A stretch of 64,000 bases of DNA from Minutocellus sp. GHC0000111. Taxonomy: Eukaryota. Below are positions 58,301 through 64,000 of this stretch, in pieces. Below the pieces are notes generated by a model. The model did not search any database. It had not been told where the DNA came from and saw only the letters and a program-made list of their open reading frames with translations. The position numbers were made by a program, and so were the translations under genes. Position 1 is the stretch's first letter; each line of letters opens with the position of its first letter. Location: assembly GCA_977018835.1 (NCBI GenBank), contig OZ361256.1, forward strand, positions 434,001-498,000, read 5' to 3'.

Positions 58301-58387
58301 ATTGTCAAGATCCTCCGTAAGGTTGGCGTGAGCGAGAAGCTTCCTGACAAGGAGGGCCTAACCCCATTGGATGATAGCGAAATTTAA
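55307..58387 (+). CDS. STT3: Oligosaccharyltransferase catalytic subunit STT3 with C-terminal ankyrin-like extension
   Basis: IIHEFDPWFNYR, WYPLGRPVGTTIYPG, GGYDNE, SVAEHQP, WWDYGYQI, DGNTWNHEHI. Confidence 0.97.
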   Translation: MAAASSKAEDKEDSSSPKKQAKETTKTKIKSSSSSSSSSTKSSSSDGFLESYFGTTTLRFVYASLWSIVSLQIFLKVVHEAYDIRLHAIKEYGMIIHEFDPWFNYRATEYLYEHGWYAFKTWFDYKVWYPLGRPVGTTIYPGMQVSSVLIKKVLGDRMSLNDVCCLVPAWFGAVATIFTGLMAYEACVGIKQQPRQQQQKGAKGQTASIKPKPSDPEVFSSILATVPVVNILHRRLVLPIAELLVRVITSMFGSDLGLVDVPPPGTPPTLSSPSIESFLSAAAIMAVVPAHLMRSVGGGYDNESVAMTSMTMTFYLWMRALRGGRDNSRSGLIWGILAGLAYFYMVAVWGGYIFVINIIGVHAGVLVLLGRYSTKLHRAYTAFYIVGTTLAIQVPVVGWTPIRSLEQLGPMAVFVGFQMIEYCEVMKRKNNLSRKDTWILRIKVFGAALLVAVAVVAALVPTGYFGPISARVRGLFVKHTKTGNPLVDSVAEHQPASAEAYFQYLHDVCYIAPIGFVIVALFYFHDSSSFLLVYGVAAYFFSHRMVRLILLTAPIASALGGIAMGSIIGWCLRGISPYRPSVSDLFKVFWSDEEPAADSKDKTNTSRKGGDKESSSSSQDGRSSMVQISRLVVGYMLLNTALPFGEEFYHRCREMAKHMSHPTIVYKANGHMGEEVLVDDYREAYWWCRDNTPEDARIMAWWDYGYQITGIGNRTTIADGNTWNHEHIALLGKTLTSSEKEGHRIARHLADYVLVWAGGGGDDLAKSPHLARIANSVYRDHCPNDPTCRTFGFSNQGMPTPKMAGSLLYKLHSHDLVPGVQVDKNRFKEVFKSKYGKVRIFKVLSVAKDSKEWVADPKNRICDAPGSWFCRGQYPPALKKVLDQKRDFGQLEDFNKKQVDEEYQKQYMEHLNDPSIAKKVANQGASSFVRPPQEEVDELQKRENWQDTPYTSILWTLINDNNIPELKEYLIANPLVAHMRSADGRGPMFWAHEYGREKIVKILRKVGVSEKLPDKEGLTPLDDSEI

Positions 58388-58590
58388 ATACAAGAACCGT
58401 ATATATTATAAAAAATAAAATAAGCTAAGAGCTAGGGTATTGCAGCTACCAAATGGTACATGCGATTATTGGAACAATTAACTATTTCAATATATTTTAA
58501 AGGCAGATAGTCGCTATCACTTGTCACCACGAAAAGGAATTCTCTGAAGTTCACTGCCCTTTCTAGCGAGCTCGAAGCTAGCGTACCAAG

Positions 58591-60422
58591 TTACTCATCT
58601 AGATCCTCCGGCTCCACCGGGGTGCCCCACGTAAGCCAGTACTCGGGGTGGATCTTATCCTCATGGCCACGGTCCCATGGCTTGTTGGGGCCAGACCAGT
58701 GCATCAGACACATCCAGTCCTTCTTCTCCGGCCGATTTCCACCCGTATCATTGCGGTCCAGATCGACCATCTTCACATTCCAGCTCTGCGGGAGGTGCTC
58801 AAAGTTTTCACCGACTACCAGCGCCAGCGGTGGCTGCGATCCCTTGAGGTACAGACCATACTGCCGATTGACCGCCGCTATCCTTTTTCCATCTCCGTCA
58901 TGTGTTGCTCCCTCCAACGGTCAAGGTTGATGATGTACATCCCAGCGTTGAAACTAACGGTAACGTCCGATGAATACTTGCGCCCCCGTCGCGTCAGGCC
59001 GTTGATGACACCCTCCCGCGGTACGGCTGCAATTGTATTCTTCGGCTCATCGGGGTTGGTTAAGGCATTTTTCATCAACTCGATGACGTCGCACTCAACG
59101 ATGGTATCCGCATCGATCCACATTGCTTTTGACTGCTTGGGCAATAGTTTATGAATGACAAATCGGACGTAATTGGCATGGTTGGTATTGAGACCGGTGT
59201 TCTTGCCATGTCGTTGAAATCTATCATTCTCAAATTCGTGCAGGTGGTATTGCTCGGCCACCTCCGATAATTGACGGAAGTGAACTCTAATGTTGTCGGG
59301 CAGATCTTGCAAAGGTTCATCTCCTACAAAAAGAAATTCCACCGGACCAGACGCATGTGCCTGGACGGAGCGGATGGACGCCACGACGCCCGGACGGGAT
59401 TGTTCATCGCTGGCGTACACAAGGTAGTAGGGTTGGGGTCCCTCGGATATGCCGGGGGTGTTGGTCGTTTCTTTTACGTTCTTGCGTCTCGGAGCATGGC
59501 TTTCATCAGAACTTGCTTCATCTTGTGCTTGGTTTGAATTTTCCTGCGTTTCTCGTTGTTGAGCACTATCATTATCCATCCCAATGTCCTTTTGGAGCTG
59601 GGCTACCAACTGTTCGTGCGTAATGCCCGGTTTCTCTTCCTTCTTTTCATTTATTTCTTCTCCATCCCCGCCATCATTATCGGCACCATCGCCATTGTCA
59701 TCCTCACCAATGCTAGTATCCTCATCATCGGAATCGCTGGTTTCGTCGACGCTCCTCTCCGTGAAGTCGTCATCGTCGTAGGTGGTCATGCGCGTCTCTC
59801 GTTCCTTGATTTCATTTCGCATTGACTCCATCTTGGCATTCAGTCGCTTCTTCCTACCGTTGGCGCCGCTCGCGCTCTCCCCGCGGCTGCTGCTGTTTCT
59901 GCCTCTGCCTCCACTTGTGCCATTGGAATCCGACAGCATGCCGTTCATGATGCCCTCCTCCCCGAGGAAGCACACATACGCCAGCAGGCCAAGCAAGGCC
60001 GAGAGGACGGCACATCTCCTCCACGGGGATTTGAATGCCGACGCAATCGGGCCACCGCTGGCACAACCTGTCGATTGGAACGACGCGTCCAACGACCGCC
60101 GGAGAGTCGGGGAGGTATCCGCCAGGATGGATGGGGAGACCGGAGCACTGCTCCGAGAGCGGGCCGTGCCAGCCGAGGACAAGGACGAGGCCGCCAACGA
60201 GGACGCATATGTGCTGGTGGAAGCAGGGGTGCGGTCATTTCGTGCTGGGCGGTGTGACGTCGTCGCCGTTGCAGTAATGATACTGCTCGGCGGCGCTGAC
60301 GGCGCTGGCAAAAGAGCACCGCACTCTCTTGAGAGGCGTCGGCGTTGCTGGTGCCGACATCTCGCCGTCACCGGTGGCGGCGGTGGAGGACGTCTCCATG
60401 GTTGCCTGAGATACTCTGTCAC
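58591..60422 (-). CDS. Glycosyltransferase family 8, type II membrane protein (indel near 58885)
   Basis: NYVRF, MWIDADTIV (DxD), SFNAGMYIINLDRWR, GSQPPL, HWSGPNKPW. Confidence 0.88.
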
Positions 60423-60621
60423 ATGTCACAGGTTTCGTTCTTGTTGGCGGCAGCAGCAAATCCGTTGGCTGTAATTTTTGGCCCGATTTGAATTGTTTAG
60501 CTAAGACCTCGAGGCACTAAGTTTTACCAAAAATGCGTAAACACTAAATCCTAACAGCTGATTTCTTGGCGGGCCGAACTCGCCATTGTTCAAGCCATTC
60601 GAACCGTTTGTCTACTACGCA

Positions 60622-61924
60622 ATGATGATGATGGCCGCTCAGAATAAGCGGCCCCCGAAGCCTCATCAGAGACGTACGGCAACCCAATTGCACATTCTCA
60701 TCCTCCTCCTGGCCATAATTGAACCAGCTCGGCCATTTTTCACCTCCAACAAACTCTCGGTACGTCGGTATCTTTCGCCATTCCCACCTCTACAATCGTC
60801 GACGTCATCGTCACCAAGTGAGAATAACAATGACGACAGCGACATGATGGCCGAACTGTCCCGTCGCATTTCCGACCTGTCGGAATCCGAACGACAAACT
60901 TCCGAAACCTTTGAACAAGGACTTCAGCGGCGGGTGGCATCGGTCGCGGCATCAGAACAGCTGGAGGCCAAGGCGCTCAGCAGTGGCACCACCAACCTAC
61001 CCGCCATCGTGTTTGACCAGTTGCTGCCCAATCAGCGCCTTACGGGCCGAACGACCGACCCAACCTTTGGCAAGCTCCTGCGAGATTTGGGCCTCGGCGG
61101 TCTCTTCGTCATGGTATCGCTCGACGCCCGGGCGCGCAAGGTGCGGCGATGCGGCGTCATCGCCCGCATCGAGTACGTCGACGTCGATGCGCCCGAAACG
61201 TCGAGCTGGGGAGGCGTCGGTCCCGGTGGGGAGGCACCGACGGCCGTGGACTTTCGCATCGTGGGACGGACGCGTTGTCACATCCTGGGCCCAACGACTG
61301 ATATGGAAGCCAGGGTGGGACGGTGGCGACGTGGCCATGACCCAGATGGTGAGGAATCGCTACTGGGATTTGCCAAGGAACGATTCTTGGATTCAACATT
61401 GGGGATCGATGATGGCACCACGGTATTCAATGGTGGGGCCGACTTTGAATTTGTGCTGAGTGAGTGGACGCCCGTCAAGATCGATGTGGCACTGGAGAAT
61501 GAAGATACAGAAGAGATAACTCCTGATATCGTCGACAAGGCTCAGAGTAGTATTGTCCCAATGCTGCAAGAGTGGATCGAGTTGGCGTCCAGCTCGAATA
61601 CCTACGACAATATTGACGTTGTGGCATCGGCAAGGATAAAGAAGGGAGAGCCAGGTCTCTTGACTGATCCGCAAAAGCATATTAATTCAGTTCTAAAGGA
61701 CCTCGGGCCCATGCCAGAACCATCTACTGACAGTACCAGCAAGGATTTACTCGATTTTTTGTTTCTGGGGCGCGGCGCTTATCAACCCATTACCTCCGCT
61801 GGGAGTATCGCTCGAAGTTCGAGGTCGAATGCTTGAAGCCACATCTATCGAGGAGCGTTTGGATTTGCTGGAAAAGACTGTATCTAGATCGATACAAAAC
61901 TTGGACGGCTCCAGGCCTCTTTGA
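60622..61924 (+). CDS. Probably plastid-targeted protein with LON substrate-binding/PUA-like domain (indel near 61760)
   Basis: Signal-like N-terminus; DQLLPNQRL, CGVIARIE, VGRTRC; shifted C-terminus WGAALINPLPPLGVSLEVR...SIEERL. Confidence 0.65.
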
Positions 61925-62095
61925 ACTGCTTTGCCTGCATCTTGCATGTTTACGACCGACTTCATAGAGTACATAGAATACTAGTAGATTGTACATATTG
62001 CACGTTTATATTCTGCAAAATTTACTCAGCTATTTGAAGCTATTGAAAATTGTTTGTCAACTCCTACGAAAAGTTCTGTACCAGTATGTCTCTTA

Positions 62096-62998
62096 TCACC
62101 ACTGGCCTGGAGTACACCCATCGGCATTGTCTCTAATGGGCGAATGTTCGCCACCAGCATCCTCCACCGGGCCACCGCCGATATCACCTCCTGCATGATC
62201 AATCCCAGTGGCCGACGTTAGCCACGCCATGAATTCCTTCGAATTGAGCTCGTGGTCCTCTCCCCGAGCCTTTAGCCTGGCGAATGCTGCAGCATCTACA
62301 CCCTTGGCACCGACTGAGTCGATAAAGTACGAGATTTCATCAACACTGATTCGATTATTGCGATTGAGATCGATCATCTTGAACAGATCTGGGCCATGTT
62401 CGCCAGTCGAGAGAAATGCATCCCAAACCAAAACCTGCAAACCTCGACGAGCATCGACTATCTTGTCGCCGCCGGTCGCAGATGAAGATCCCTCTTCGTC
62501 ATCGGAGGAATCCGAAGACGACGAATCGTCAAGATTGTCCAGAATTCCTTCCAAAGCCAGGTTGACACGACGAAGTTCGGTCCCCATGCACAGCCATCGC
62601 TCGAATTCTTCGGCGTCGAGGGGATGGTCCTCACCGAGTTTCTGAAGCAGGCTCAATGCCTCATCAGACACATTGGCCTTGTCGACACTTTCCATAAAGT
62701 AGTTGATCTCCTCCACGTTGATGGTACCGCTCTTGTTCAGATCGAGAGATTGGAAGACCGATTCTGACGAGATGCTACCGAGGAGGTAGGCGTCCCAGAT
62801 GTTTCGCTGTTCGTCACGTCGGATGTCGACAATCTTTTTGTTTTCACAGGCGCTACCGGTGGAGAAGTTGCGGGCAATTGGTGCAGCCACACCCGTCGAT
62901 CGAGAGCAGCTGGTCGCTGCGAGATTTTGGCCACACGTGCTGACTCGGGAGGTCGTCTTCGAAAGGATGTTGCGGAGCATTTGTCGGCGTGCGTTCAT
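62096..62998 (-). CDS. EF-hand protein with internal duplication and mitochondrial-type presequence
   Basis: DLNKSGTINVEE and DLNRNNRISVDE within two ~90-aa repeats. Confidence 0.8.
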   Translation of the reverse strand: MNARRQMLRNILSKTTSRVSTCGQNLAATSCSRSTGVAAPIARNFSTGSACENKKIVDIRRDEQRNIWDAYLLGSISSESVFQSLDLNKSGTINVEEINYFMESVDKANVSDEALSLLQKLGEDHPLDAEEFERWLCMGTELRRVNLALEGILDNLDDSSSSDSSDDEEGSSSATGGDKIVDARRGLQVLVWDAFLSTGEHGPDLFKMIDLNRNNRISVDEISYFIDSVGAKGVDAAAFARLKARGEDHELNSKEFMAWLTSATGIDHAGGDIGGGPVEDAGGEHSPIRDNADGCTPGQW

Positions 62999-63513
62999 CT
63001 TACCAACCAGTTGGTTTCACCAGCTCATAGTCCGGCGAATACCGGTACTACCCAGTAGCTACGTAGTAGATGAGGTGCAGCAGTTCGAGTTCACGCCGGT
63101 GCGGTGCGGCCGCATGCGGTTTTCGCATCGCGTGGGCGCGCGCTGCTTAGCCCCCGTCGCGAGCAGTCAGAGTCGAGTCAGTCTCAAAGCAGCGACAGAA
63201 TGACATGAAAAGGAAACCAACTGCCTTTCCAAGTGGCGTACCTACTAGCTACTAGTACGTAGCTAGTAGCTACGTACGTAGAGGTACGAACTCGTACGCG
63301 CTATGGTACTACGTACGTAGTAATAGTCTAGCTACTACTACGTAGGCCTACTAGAGTAGTGCCTAGGTAGTAGCAGTACGCACAATTTGCAAATTAGATC
63401 TTTGGGTGGATCTTTGGCAAAAGGAACCTCTCGAAAAAAAGCGAAGCGCCTCTCTTCAATCTTTGCATATCTTCGCCATTTTGCATCAAATTCACCAATC
63501 AAATTCAAAGACA

Positions 63514-64000
63514 ATGTCGTCCGATAACGGTCCTCTCGAAACCGAAGCCTACGTCTGTGGTGGTAAAGGCGAGAAGCTCGTTCTCAAGACCATTACGCTG
63601 CCCGCCCTCAAGGCCACGCAGGTGGAAGTCGACGTGACTTACTGCGGCCTTTGCCACACCGACATCCACATGCGCGACAACGATTGGGGAATACCCAACT
63701 ACCCTCTTGTTCTTGGCCACGAGGGCATTGCCACTGTGCGGAAGGTCGGCGATTCCGTCCGCGTCCTCAAGGTCGGTGACACCGTCGGCATCTTTTGGTG
63801 CCGCGACTCTTGCCTCGGGTGCGACCAATGCTTCGCCGGTCGTGAAAACATCTGCCAGAAGGGACACCAAGGCACTTACCTTGGACCTGCCGCCGGATGC
63901 TGGGGTAAGAATCCCCACAACGAGCATGGGGGGTGCTTCTCCAAGGTGATGCGCCTTGAGGAGCGTTTCGCCATTAAGCTACCCGATAATCTCCCTCCCG
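63514..64000 (+). CDS. Zinc-dependent alcohol dehydrogenase (CAD/MDR family), 5' part; absent from the ORF track
   Basis: Manual translation: YCGLCHTDIH, YPLVLGHEG, LKVGDTVG, CLGCDQCFAGRENIC. Confidence 0.93.
   Translation, partial: MSSDNGPLETEAYVCGGKGEKLVLKTITLPALKATQVEVDVTYCGLCHTDIHMRDNDWGIPNYPLVLGHEGIATVRKVGDSVRVLKVGDTVGIFWCRDSCLGCDQCFAGRENICQKGHQGTYLGPAAGCWGKNPHNEHGGCFSKVMRLEERFAIKLPDNLPP

Noticed and set aside
15886..61924. Frameshifts in many host genes (TPR ~16200-16840, Ub-deiodinase ~22610/23415, bZIP, repeat protein ~39350, MFS ~46175, GT8 ~58885, LON-like ~61760) as programmed frameshifting or pseudogenisation
   Set aside because: They mostly fall in homopolymer or GC-rich runs of otherwise conserved genes; long-read indel errors are the simpler explanation.
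1..64000. tRNA, rRNA or prokaryotic defence/operon systems
   Set aside because: None recognised by eye; gene structure is eukaryotic. tRNAscan/Infernal were not run.

Overview
Eukaryotic nuclear DNA, most likely a diatom (short GT-AG introns, signal peptide plus Phe plastid presequence, CoDi-type Copia, FEA-domain protein). Bases ~500-15120 form a nested transposon island. It contains a Helitron-type Rep/Pif1 pseudogene interrupted by a PIF/Harbinger element, two copies of one Ty1/copia family (one truncated, one full-length but decayed), a mariner-like fragment and a hAT-like MITE. The rest is gene-dense: TPR protein, ACC-synthase-like enzyme, ubiquitin/deiodinase-like protein, mitochondrial carrier, two bZIPs, MFS transporter, TrmO, FEA-domain protein, STT3, GT8, EF-hand protein and ADH, plus a TA-TSD MITE and an intact Crypton-like tyrosine recombinase. 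Main observations: (1) the repeats carry a TpA->TpG/CpA hypermutation signature, the reverse of fungal RIP, seen directly by comparing the two Copia copies; (2) a ubiquitin-domain/deiodinase-like fusion has an in-frame UGA at the Sec position and a 3' SECIS-like hairpin; (3) the Copia element has a Tudor-like domain after integrase, a possible self-priming PBS, and a UGA plus stem-loop gag/pol junction; (4) intergenic clusters of TA-bounded palindromes resemble stacked excision footprints. Many host genes show 1-2 nt frameshifts, probably assembly errors. All family assignments come from motif recognition by eye; no database search was run.
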